A stretch of 61,954 nt of DNA, the filler included, from Ferroacidibacillus organovorans (GTDB taxonomy: Bacteria; Bacillota; Bacilli; Alicyclobacillales; SLC66), in the NCBI RefSeq assembly GCF_001642725.1. It is 7 parts of 7 records of this genome, joined end to end, with 100 filler letters (N's around TTAATTAATTAA, not from the genome) between each part and the next. Parts side by side here need not be neighbours in the genome. Positions count along the whole stretch, not along the records: positions 30,578 to 40,034 come from NZ_LSUQ01000079.1; positions 40,135 to 49,530 come from NZ_LSUQ01000080.1; 5 more parts are not named here. One strand, 5' to 3'. Made by a program: the position numbers and the translations under genes. Below are positions 32,063 through 40,554 of the stretch, piece after piece. How positions within the stretch are numbered: position 1 is the stretch's first letter; each line of letters starts with the position of its first letter. The notes below the pieces were generated by a model. That model made no database searches, was not told the DNA's origin, and saw nothing but the letters and a program-made list of their open reading frames with translations.

Positions 32063-32521
32063 TTACGTCGCGCGGTTACCGTCTTCTGTCTGATGGGGTT
32101 GCTCACCGTTTTCATCACTTCGGTATTTCGTGAATGCCTCAATGTACTGGGGATGCGTTTGAAACCAGGAAACGAGATTTTGCAGTTGTGTAACGGTTTG
32201 TGGGCTGACGTGGTGCTCAATTCCCTCGACGTCTCCGCGTAAGACTTCCTCAGAGATTCCGAGCATGCGCAGCAATTCTTCGAGCATGCCATGCCGCTGT
32301 TTCATGGAACGACCCATTCGCTCTCCGGTTTTGGTGAGTAAGATACCTCTATACTTCTCATAGGTCACATAGTGTTGTTCATCAAGCTTTTGCAGCATTT
32401 TCGTCACAGAAGAAGGTTGAACAGCGAGGGATGACGCAATATCTGACACGCGGGCGTATCCTTTATCTTTCATCAACTCGTAGATTTTTTCAAGGTAGTC
32501 TTCCATGCTCGGTGTCAGCAT
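32063..32521 (-). CDS. mntR: Manganese-dependent regulator MntR (DtxR family)
   Basis: TPSMEDYLEKIY, KGYARVSDIA, PSSVTKMLQKL and DVEGIEHH. Confidence 0.95.
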   Translation of the reverse strand: MLTPSMEDYLEKIYELMKDKGYARVSDIASSLAVQPSSVTKMLQKLDEQHYVTYEKYRGILLTKTGERMGRSMKQRHGMLEELLRMLGISEEVLRGDVEGIEHHVSPQTVTQLQNLVSWFQTHPQYIEAFTKYRSDENGEQPHQTEDGNRAT

Positions 32522-32696
32522 GTCATCATCTGCTTTCTTACATCATGATTTCTCCATTGTACTACAATTGCCGCGCACTGCCCAGTTTACGCAAGGCCAT
32601 CAGGAAATGCTCTTCATTCTCTCTTTGGAGATATGCGGATTGTAAAAAGGAATGAGTGAGCTCGCGCAGAACAGCCTTTCATAAGGAGGGATCTTT

Positions 32697-33395
32697 ATGA
32701 AATGGCATCGTGATCGGTTGACAGTCCTGCTCGGAGGATGTCTGATCGCCGGTTGGTCTTTGGTCTTATTTCAGCATCTAGGAGGAAGCACACAAGAACG
32801 TTCCGCGCTGTCCATCTCAACGCCAAGCGTAGCGCCAAACCTACCGGGTGAGTCTTTGCTCACGTCTCAGGTGACGGTCTCGTCGTCCGCGCGGGCGTCC
32901 TCTTCAAAGGGAGGAATGCTGTCCGTCATGGTCGATGTGATCGGCGCGGTGTCTTCGCCTGGGGTTTATCGGCTACCGCTCGATGCGCGCGTGCAGGATG
33001 CGATTCGGGCAGCTGGCGGTGTTCGTCGCGATGCTGATCTGGAGGCTGTGAATCTTGCCGCGATTGTGGAAGACGGTGCACAAGTGGTCATTCCCACTCA
33101 GACGTCCGTTGTAAGTGGCACGACAGTTTCTGCGGTCTCGGAGCCTCTACAGGTGCCCGCTCAACGGCGACGAGGGAGACACAGTTTGAAGCTTACACCT
33201 GGGGAGAGGGTTTCCTTGAACCGTTCTTCGGAGGCGGTGCTTATGGAGGTACCTGGCATTGGCAAAAAGCGCGCTGACGAGATCCTTCAATATCGTGCTA
33301 CCCACGGATCGTTTACGTCACTCACGAAACTTCACCTTGTACATGGATTCTCGATCAATTTGCTACAAAGGGTGGTGCCCTTTCTGACACTTTAG
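32697..33395 (+). CDS. comEA: DNA uptake receptor ComEA
   Basis: N-terminal TM, VMVDVIGAVSSPGVY SLBB domain and HhH motif VPGIGKKRA. Confidence 0.9.
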   Translation: MKWHRDRLTVLLGGCLIAGWSLVLFQHLGGSTQERSALSISTPSVAPNLPGESLLTSQVTVSSSARASSSKGGMLSVMVDVIGAVSSPGVYRLPLDARVQDAIRAAGGVRRDADLEAVNLAAIVEDGAQVVIPTQTSVVSGTTVSAVSEPLQVPAQRRRGRHSLKLTPGERVSLNRSSEAVLMEVPGIGKKRADEILQYRATHGSFTSLTKLHLVHGFSINLLQRVVPFLTL

Positions 33396-33408
33396 AACGC
33401 GTTTGGTG

Positions 33409-33440
33409 AAAAAAAGCATTCACCGAAGTGAATGCTTTAA
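33409..33440 (-). terminator. Intrinsic terminator of the NlpC/P60 gene
   Basis: Minus strand AAAGCATTCAC-TTCG-GTGAATGC followed by a T tract. Confidence 0.85.
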
Positions 33441-33464
33441 AGTCGCAGTTTTTCGAAGAAAAAA

Positions 33465-34187
33465 TTAACCGATCTGGCGCGCGGTGACATATGAATTTGC
33501 CCAGTACGATTCACTGAGTGAATCAATTTTAATTTGGGAACCTGCTGCACTGATAAACTGGTCGTTTCCAATGTAAATGCCCACATGGGAAATACCGCTT
33601 GTATACGTACTAAAAAAAACGAGATCACCAGGCTTTAGGTGAGCTTCGGATACGTAAGCACCGTCATTGGTTTGTCCGGCAGCGGAGTGGGGGAGCGAGA
33701 TTCCATATTGGGCGAACACATATTGTGTAAATCCGGAGCAATCAAAACCGTTGGGAGATGTTCCCCCCCAAGCGTATGGGTCACCTAAATACATTTTCGC
33801 GCGAACCGCAATGCGATCTCCGAGTGGCAAAACTGCGGTAGGATGAAATTTTTTAACTTTATGAGACGTGAATGAAGCCCTGTGTTTCGCGGGTTTTGAA
33901 ACGGGGTGTGTATAGGATTTGCGAGATGCTCGCACAGGCGCAACAAGCACCTTCGTCATGAGTGACGCAGATTGCGACACAGATTTATCGACGATCGCGG
34001 AGCCCATTAAGGCGAGATCCGTCGTCGCGAGGATGGGGCCATGTGCTTGTTTGGCCGTTGCAGATGTCGAATGGTGATGTGCAACGTCGCTGCGTTGCGC
34101 AGCGTATGCAGCCGGCATAGAAGCCGAAGCAAACCATGTAGTGCCTGTAAGAAAAACAGACAGCGCGAGTTGAGAAGTGCGCAACAA
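33465..34187 (-). CDS. Secreted NlpC/P60 (C40) cell-wall endopeptidase
   Basis: Signal peptide; PYAWGGTSPNGFDCSG, GDLVFF and SHVGIY. Confidence 0.93.
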   Translation of the reverse strand: MLRTSQLALSVFLTGTTWFASASMPAAYAAQRSDVAHHHSTSATAKQAHGPILATTDLALMGSAIVDKSVSQSASLMTKVLVAPVRASRKSYTHPVSKPAKHRASFTSHKVKKFHPTAVLPLGDRIAVRAKMYLGDPYAWGGTSPNGFDCSGFTQYVFAQYGISLPHSAAGQTNDGAYVSEAHLKPGDLVFFSTYTSGISHVGIYIGNDQFISAAGSQIKIDSLSESYWANSYVTARQIG

Positions 34188-34206
34188 AAAATAGGCCCCT
34201 TTCTAG

Positions 34207-34323
34207 TGCGCCTCCGAGGTTAGTTGACGGGTTAGGGCTGAAAGGTAGCCCCTCCAAAAAAATGGATTCACCCCAGGGTGTTGCGTCCCCCGTACCGACT
34301 AGAGCTTGTCGGATTCGGCGATT
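34207..34323 (-). ncRNA. Cyclic di-AMP riboswitch (ydaO/yuaA)
   Basis: Minus strand CGCCGAATCC...GGTACGGGGGA...TGGGGTGAATCC...GGGCTACCTTTCAGCCCTAACCCGTCAACTAACCTCGGAGGCG contains the hallmark ydaO blocks; upstream of a cell-wall hydrolase. Confidence 0.92.
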
Positions 34324-34338
34324 CTCGCTCTGAAATGG

Positions 34339-34367
34339 ATTCTACCAGTTACGACAGTGTATGACAA
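34339..34367 (-). promoter_or_regulatory. SigA promoter for the riboswitch-NlpC/P60 transcript
   Basis: TTGTCA-N17-TAGAAT with extended TG, about 15 nt before the aptamer. Confidence 0.75.
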
Positions 34368-34409
34368 GAGTTTCCGTGATTTAAAGTTTATTTGCAAAGA
34401 AGGGATGGT

Positions 34410-36026
34410 ATGCGGTATCGACTGCTCTCACTCCTTTCGCTCTCGTTTTTATCAGGGATTCTCTTCGTGCAAACGGCTATAAAGGGCATTGGCGTCACGC
34501 TTTGCCTCAGCGCTTTAACCGTTTCGGCATTCATTCACATGATCGGAATGCTTCTGCGCAATCGACGAAACGTGCACTTTGAATTGCGCGCATTCGACAA
34601 ACGCTGGCGGAAAAAAATAAATTTCATAGTAGGATTTTGTGCGCTCTCCGCCCTTTTGTGTCTTACCGGTATCCAATATGGGGGATTTCGCGCGGATCGA
34701 GAAGTGCAGCCGGCAGTCCGTCTACTCACAGTTGCGGGGGTTCACGCACAAGAGACGATGCTGGTAACAGGGCAAATCGTCAGTCCACTTGTTAAGCAAC
34801 AAAACAGTGTGACGTGTAATTTTCAAATTCAGTCTGTCTACGTAGGATCGATCCTGCTGGGGAGATGGCCGACTGTTGCGCTGCGCATCGGACTTGGCAA
34901 GTCGCCGATGCGTTATTCTTCAACGATTTTGCGGTTTTACAGCACACTGGATGAACTGTCGCCCGGTGACCGTATTGCAGTGTACCTGCGTGTCAAAACA
35001 ATTCCTCAGGGAAAAGCGCGTACTTCCTTTTTGCGCGATGGGATCACGCTGTATGGATCTGCGAGTATCTATGGTATTCATGTCATTGCGCGAAACCCTC
35101 AAGTACCATCTCTGCCGATTCTTAGTGCGCAATTTTTAACGTGGATTGAGTGGCGCTCCTGGCTCGCGTTTGGTCCGACGGCTGGCTATCTGCTCGCGTT
35201 TTCGGTGGGCGATCGTCACGAACTCTCTAAAGCTACGATTCAATCGTTTGTTGCAATCGGTCTCATTCACGCGCTTGTCGCGAGCGGCGCTACGCTTCGA
35301 ATGTCTGTTTCGCCCGTTCTGACAGGAATTCGAAAAATGCGTAGCCCGCCATTTTTTCAAGACATTGCCGTACTGATTTTGACGGCGTTGCTGCTTTTGG
35401 CGTGCGGATTTGCGGCTCCGACACTGCGTGCTGCGGTCGTTTTTCTCTATGGGTACTATGCGCAAAGGTTCAATCGACATGCGGACTCACTTACGGGAAA
35501 TTCCCTCGCTATGTTCGTGCTTTGTGTCATTCAACCGCATGACAGTGTGGATCCAGGCGTTTTGTTATCATTTGCCGCAGGGCTTACACTTGTGCATGCA
35601 CCGCCGTGGGTGAACCAAATGCTTCCGCGGCGGATACCGCAAATATTTCGAGCGATTCTCGCGCGCGGACTGTCCGCAGAATTTGCATTGACACCGCTCA
35701 TCGCATTCTTATTTCATCAATTCGCGACGCTCTCTCTCTTGATCAATCTATTTTTATATCCTGTTTTAGAAGGGTTGATTCCACTCTGCAGTGCACTATT
35801 GCTCACTGCTTGCATCGATCCGCCAGCGATTCATTTTCTTTCAGGGGATCTTGCGATCGCGCAAGCTGGATTGAGCGCAGGGATCGCCTACCTATCCATT
35901 CACGCTGGCGTGTGGATGATTCCGTCGTTTTCATGGGAAATTTTCATGGGCTATTACAGTTTGGGGTTCTTGTTTGTGACAGTGTGGAACATCCGGAATA
36001 AACGCAGACTTCTTCGCTCATACTGA
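34410..36026 (+). CDS. comEC: ComEC/Rec2 family competence protein, divergent, no MBL domain
   Basis: GLIHALVASG, LRAAVV, DPGVLLSFAA and NLFLYP motifs; lies between comEA and holA. Confidence 0.8.
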   Translation: MRYRLLSLLSLSFLSGILFVQTAIKGIGVTLCLSALTVSAFIHMIGMLLRNRRNVHFELRAFDKRWRKKINFIVGFCALSALLCLTGIQYGGFRADREVQPAVRLLTVAGVHAQETMLVTGQIVSPLVKQQNSVTCNFQIQSVYVGSILLGRWPTVALRIGLGKSPMRYSSTILRFYSTLDELSPGDRIAVYLRVKTIPQGKARTSFLRDGITLYGSASIYGIHVIARNPQVPSLPILSAQFLTWIEWRSWLAFGPTAGYLLAFSVGDRHELSKATIQSFVAIGLIHALVASGATLRMSVSPVLTGIRKMRSPPFFQDIAVLILTALLLLACGFAAPTLRAAVVFLYGYYAQRFNRHADSLTGNSLAMFVLCVIQPHDSVDPGVLLSFAAGLTLVHAPPWVNQMLPRRIPQIFRAILARGLSAEFALTPLIAFLFHQFATLSLLINLFLYPVLEGLIPLCSALLLTACIDPPAIHFLSGDLAIAQAGLSAGIAYLSIHAGVWMIPSFSWEIFMGYYSLGFLFVTVWNIRNKRRLLRSY

Positions 36027-36075
36027 ACAATGAATGAATGTGTCTAGATTGCAATCGCGAAAGAAGGATCATTGT

Positions 36076-36279
36076 ATGAACCAACCGTCACTCGACATGG
36101 AACTGGCATGTGAACGTTTATTGATCGAAGCGTTTTCTCTGCGCGATCATCCTGATGGCGAACACGCGGCGCGTGTGTTGCACGCGGTGGGCGATGTTTT
36201 GCAACACATCGCCGAGCGTGAGAAAATAGCATTGTGGGTAGAGCAACAAATGCTCTGCTTGTCAGACTTTCGCAGATGA
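36076..36279 (+). CDS. Small hypothetical protein, 67 aa
   Basis: RBS AAGAAGGA; fills the comEC-holA gap; its stop abuts the holA RBS. Confidence 0.55.
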   Translation: MNQPSLDMELACERLLIEAFSLRDHPDGEHAARVLHAVGDVLQHIAEREKIALWVEQQMLCLSDFRR

Positions 36280-36287
36280 GGTGCGCC

Positions 36288-37340
36288 ATGCACGTTTCCT
36301 TTCAAGACGCTGTACGCGAATTAAAATCAGGGCCTCCGGCGGCGATTTATTTGCTGTATGATGTGTCGGATGGCTGGTTTTTGGATCGCCTGCTCACCTC
36401 TGTGACGGATGCGCTGTCACGTCTTGCCACGCCATACGCACTGTCGCGTGTACGTGCCGCACATGATCGTCTTGACGAGCTTGAAATCGCGCTTGGCGAA
36501 GGTTCCTTGTTTGGTGATCTCGCTGTTGTGTGTGCTTCGGAATTTGATTATGTGGGGACTGCCTATAAAGGGAAGACGCCTGACCAACTGGTGGCAATCT
36601 TAGAAGGGCAACTGAAAAGAAGCGAACAGGACACTCCTTTGTTGATATTGGTTACGACGCAAGAAAAACCGGATGAACGAAAAAAATGGGTCAAGTCACT
36701 CATTGCGAGTGTAGGTGCGCGCGTCATTCGCGCGGGAGGGTTGTCTCGGCAAGAAGTGGAGCTTTTTGCGCAGGAATTGTTGGTTGACTTCCCTGGTATC
36801 ACACCTTCGCAAAAACGCTGGCTCATCGCACGCACAGGCGATCGCGTTGGTCAGCTTGCGCGGGAACTTCAAAAAATTGATACATTTCTTGCCGGTGAAC
36901 AGACACTTTCACAGGCCGACTTGGAAGCGTTGGTGCCAGATTTTAGGGAGACTGATGTTTTTGAAGTCATCCGGCTGTCCGTATCCGGAAAAAATAATGA
37001 TGCGTATGTAGCCTATCAGCGACTCGGGGAAGACCATTCCACGTTTGGCCTCCTCGCGCTTTTGACAAGGCAGTATCGATTGGTGCTCCGCGTGATCGAG
37101 GCAGAGCGCGATCGCATATCTGAAGCGACGCTTTGTACGTCCCTCGGGTTGCGGCCGTTCATGCTTAAACCGCTCAAAGAACAGGCGCGCGTTTTAACAC
37201 GAGAGACGTGCAGCGCGCGTTTGCGGGAGCTTTCAGATTTGGAGTATCAAATCAAAGCGGGGCAACTCAAAGAACAGACTGCGATGGAACTCTACTTTGC
37301 GCGAAGAATGTGTCGCACAGAGGGGATTAGCGCTGTTTGA
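36288..37340 (+). CDS. holA: DNA polymerase III delta subunit
   Basis: SLFGD, KPDERKK, RELQKI and DLEYQIKAG; comEC-holA-rpsT synteny. Confidence 0.88.
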   Translation: MHVSFQDAVRELKSGPPAAIYLLYDVSDGWFLDRLLTSVTDALSRLATPYALSRVRAAHDRLDELEIALGEGSLFGDLAVVCASEFDYVGTAYKGKTPDQLVAILEGQLKRSEQDTPLLILVTTQEKPDERKKWVKSLIASVGARVIRAGGLSRQEVELFAQELLVDFPGITPSQKRWLIARTGDRVGQLARELQKIDTFLAGEQTLSQADLEALVPDFRETDVFEVIRLSVSGKNNDAYVAYQRLGEDHSTFGLLALLTRQYRLVLRVIEAERDRISEATLCTSLGLRPFMLKPLKEQARVLTRETCSARLRELSDLEYQIKAGQLKEQTAMELYFARRMCRTEGISAV

Positions 37341-37358
37341 TTTGAAATATACCATCAC

Positions 37359-37389
37359 AAAAGGCGGTCTCCTTTGGAGGCCGCCTAAA
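37359..37389 (-). terminator. Terminator of rpsT, possibly bidirectional
   Basis: Minus strand AGGCGGCCTCC-AAA-GGAGACCGCCTTTT. Confidence 0.7.
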
Positions 37390-37410
37390 CATGATGCGTT
37401 TGGTAATCCC

Positions 37411-37680
37411 TTATTGGGCAACCGCTTTGTTCATCCGCTTCATCAGGCGGGATTTTTTTCTCGCCGCGTGATTGCGGTGAATGATGCCTTTGGTAACCGC
37501 CTTGTCGAGCGAGCGAGTCGCACCGCGCAGGGCAACTTGGGCAGATTCCATGTTCCGTTCTTTCAGGGCGCTCTCAAATCGCTTCAGAGATGTCCGCAGG
37601 GCAGACTTTGCAGAAGCATTCCGTACCGCTCTAACTCGGGTGACATGAACTCGCTTAATCGCAGATTTAATATTTGGCAT
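37411..37680 (-). CDS. rpsT: 30S ribosomal protein S20
   Basis: MPNIKSAIKR and KGIIHRNHAARKKSRL. Confidence 0.97.
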   Translation of the reverse strand: MPNIKSAIKRVHVTRVRAVRNASAKSALRTSLKRFESALKERNMESAQVALRGATRSLDKAVTKGIIHRNHAARKKSRLMKRMNKAVAQ

Positions 37681-37841
37681 TACGTCACCTCCTACGTGTT
37701 CGCACAAAACAGCAGGCTTTAGTTTAGCATGTGAAGCACGATTTCGCAATCTTTTCTGTGGATTGTTCAGGAATGTACTGTGGATTGACGGACGGCAAAG
37801 GTGGGGAAGCTAGAAACAGGAATGAGTGAAAGGGGAACGTC

Positions 37842-38924
37842 ATGCGCGATACACAGAGGATCCTCAAAGCATTGCGGAAAATGCATAAAATGGACGCGAC
37901 TGGGTGGACACAAAACGGTAAACGTATACCATCCCCTGACGAAATTATTTTTGATGAACGAAGCGTGCGCGTTGACCTTGCCGTTGAGGCGCATGAAATT
38001 GCGTCTGAAAATACGGATGGGATACCGGGTATTCATATGGATCAATCGCAAGAAGAGAACTTCAAGGTCAGCCGCATGGTCGTAGAGGATGAAAAAGGGG
38101 CGCGGATCATTGGCAAGCTACCAGGCCGCTATGTGACGATTGAAGTTCCAGAACTGCGCAAGAAAGACCCCGAACTGCAAGAACAGATTTCACTGCTCTT
38201 TGCCGAAGAGATGAAACCGTTTATGACCGTGCCAGACGACGCGCGGGTCCTTATCATCGGACTCGGAAACTGGAATGTCACGCCAGATGCGCTCGGTCCG
38301 ATGGTTGCAGAAAGTGTCTTTGTCACGAGACACCTGTTTTCGTTGATGCCCGACTTGCTTGACGACGGGTTTCGGTCTGTCTCTGCAATCTCTCCAGGGG
38401 TGCTTGGCATCACAGGGATCGAGACCTCCGAGATCGTACTTGGCATCGTCGACCATATCAAGCCAGATCTGGTGATTGCCATTGATGCACTGGCCGCCCG
38501 TTCGCTCGATCGCGTGAATACGACCATTCAAATCGCCGACTCTGGCATTCAACCGGGGGCCGGCGTTGGCAACCCGCGTAAAGCGCTCAATCGCGAAACA
38601 CTCGGTGTTGAAGTGGTTGCGATTGGAATCCCCACAGTTCTTGACGCCGCAACGATTGCGTCCGATGCGATGGAACTTGTGTTGTCTCACCTGGATCAGC
38701 GCGTCCCAGGAACCAAACAAGGAGATGTCATCGGGCGCATGACACCAGAAGAAAAGCGCGCGATGGTGGCAGAGGTGCTTCACCCTTTGGGTCACAATCT
38801 CATGGTGACCCCTAAAGAAATCGATGAATTTGTCGAGGACATCGCGCACGTGGTGGCGCTTGGACTCAATCTAGCAATTCACAAAGGACTCAGCATTGAG
38901 GATGCAAAGGCGCTAACCCACTGA
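37842..38924 (+). CDS. gpr: Germination protease GPR
   Basis: RVDLAVEA, GLGNWNVTPDALGP, IDALAAR and LMVTPKEID. Confidence 0.96.
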   Translation: MRDTQRILKALRKMHKMDATGWTQNGKRIPSPDEIIFDERSVRVDLAVEAHEIASENTDGIPGIHMDQSQEENFKVSRMVVEDEKGARIIGKLPGRYVTIEVPELRKKDPELQEQISLLFAEEMKPFMTVPDDARVLIIGLGNWNVTPDALGPMVAESVFVTRHLFSLMPDLLDDGFRSVSAISPGVLGITGIETSEIVLGIVDHIKPDLVIAIDALAARSLDRVNTTIQIADSGIQPGAGVGNPRKALNRETLGVEVVAIGIPTVLDAATIASDAMELVLSHLDQRVPGTKQGDVIGRMTPEEKRAMVAEVLHPLGHNLMVTPKEIDEFVEDIAHVVALGLNLAIHKGLSIEDAKALTH

Positions 38925-38958
38925 AACCAACCCAATAAAGAATGAACTCTACGAATCG

Positions 38959-38988
38959 GTCTATTCGCGTCATTTGACTCATAGAGTA
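38959..38988 (+). promoter_or_regulatory. Putative SigE (mother-cell) promoter
   Basis: TCTATT-N14-CATAGAGT. Confidence 0.5.
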
Positions 38989-39018
38989 GATTCAAAACGC
39001 GCAGAGGAACGATCCATC

Positions 39019-39474
39019 ATGAACCTTCGGTTGCGCATCGCAGAGCGACTGCTCGCGATGAGACAGATGCCGCGGATGTTAAAAAAAACGTGTGCCATTC
39101 TCGCTTTCTTGATCATCAGCTATTTGACGCTAAACGGTGGTGCGCTGCTGTTTGCATCCTTTTTCCACGTTGTCATCGTGCATGCGGACATTCCCCCCGC
39201 GAGTCAATACGCCGCCTATCAGGCGCCGGTCTCAAAGACGGCGGGCGTTGAGAAGGTCGTCGTCATTCCGCGGCCGACCCTTTCGCATACGCTCGATCAG
39301 GCGGTGGTGGCGATGCGCAGTCCGGCCAGCCCGCTGATTCAGGCGGACGCGGTTGATGCAGGCGCCTATCTATCCACGCTGCTTCACAGTTGGCTGACGG
39401 GGCTCATGCACAGCGCGACGCAAACGCCGAGTGTCAACCTGCCGCAAGGCGTCCCGCTCACGCAAGGGCAATAG
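39019..39474 (+). CDS. Hypothetical membrane-anchored protein in the YqxA position
   Basis: RBS GAGGA; one hydrophobic segment; between gpr and lepA. Confidence 0.65.
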   Translation: MNLRLRIAERLLAMRQMPRMLKKTCAILAFLIISYLTLNGGALLFASFFHVVIVHADIPPASQYAAYQAPVSKTAGVEKVVVIPRPTLSHTLDQAVVAMRSPASPLIQADAVDAGAYLSTLLHSWLTGLMHSATQTPSVNLPQGVPLTQGQ

Positions 39475-39591
39475 TGGCGGGGAATCAATCCGTGATGAGA
39501 CAGACGACACCGGGCTCCCTCGCACGTTGGCGTCGCGCCCCTTCGTTTGCTATTATGAAGGGTAACGATTCGAGTTTGATGGGGGCCTATT

Positions 39592-40034
39592 GTGAACGAC
39601 GCTGTTGCGATTTCTAGGATCCGTAACTTTTGTATTATCGCGCATATTGATCACGGGAAGTCGACCTTGGCAGACCGGATTCTGGAATACACAGGCGCCC
39701 TTTCGAAGCGAGAAATGCAGGAACAAGTTCTCGATCAGATGGATCTTGAGCGGGAGCGAGGCATCACGATCAAACTGCAGGCGGTGCGTCTAAACTATCT
39801 TGCAGATGATGGCAACCTCTATACCCTCCACCTTATTGATACGCCCGGACATGTCGATTTTACGTATGAAGTCTCACGCAGCCTCGCCGCTTGTGAAGGC
39901 GCAGTATTGGTCGTTGATGCGGCGCAAGGCATTGAGGCGCAGACGCTTGCAAACGTCTATCTCGCGCTTGACAATGACTTGGAGATTCTCCCTGTCATCA
40001 ACAAAATCGACTTGCCATCCGCGGAGCCTGAGCG
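39592..40034 (+). CDS. lepA: Elongation factor 4 (LepA), N-terminal part
   Basis: [28 protein letters not shown] and NKIDLP. Confidence 0.97.
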
Positions 40035-40134
40035 NNNNNNNNNNNNNNNNNNNNNNNNNNNNNNNNNNNNNNNNNNNNTTAATTAATTAANNNNNNNNNN
40101 NNNNNNNNNNNNNNNNNNNNNNNNNNNNNNNNNN
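40035..40134. other. Artificial contig linker
   Basis: N-run + TTAATTAATTAA + N-run. Confidence 0.99.
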
Positions 40135-40501
40135 ATTAAAAGCGCAACAAGACGCAATGAGCACAGCGCTTCAGGAAGCCGCAACGAAATACGGTGTGCG
40201 CGTCGAAGCGCTGTGGACTGACAGCTACCCGGCGCTTCATTTGCCAGAGTCCTCCTTTTTGCGAACGATGATCACAAATGCGATGGCAAAACTGGATCTC
40301 GCACCAATTTTTGGGCCGACAGGTGGCGGGAGTGACGCAAATGTCGTCGCGGGGAAAGGAATTCCTATCGCAAACTTAGCAGTTGGCTATCAACAGATTC
40401 ACACATTAGAAGAGTGGATCGCACTACGCGATCTGACGCTGGCGTCTGAACTGGTCCTTGAACTTATTCGCGAAGGTGCAAACCATCACTCCCTCGTGTA
40501 A
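40135..40501 (+). CDS. M20 family (peptidase T-like) metallohydrolase, C-terminal part
   Basis: GGGSDANV and GYQQIHTLEE. Confidence 0.85.
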
Positions 40502-40516
40502 AAATTCATTCTCCCC

Positions 40517-40546
40517 GCATATGCGAAGGCAATCTTTGCCATGCTA
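40517..40546 (+). promoter_or_regulatory. Putative SigG (forespore) promoter
   Basis: GCATA-N18-CATGCTA. Confidence 0.5.
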
Positions 40547-40554
40547 GGTGCGGG

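Noticed and set aside
19576..40034. Two lepA fragments as a duplication or pseudogenes
   Set aside because: Non-overlapping N- and C-terminal parts, each cut at a contig end; most simply one gene
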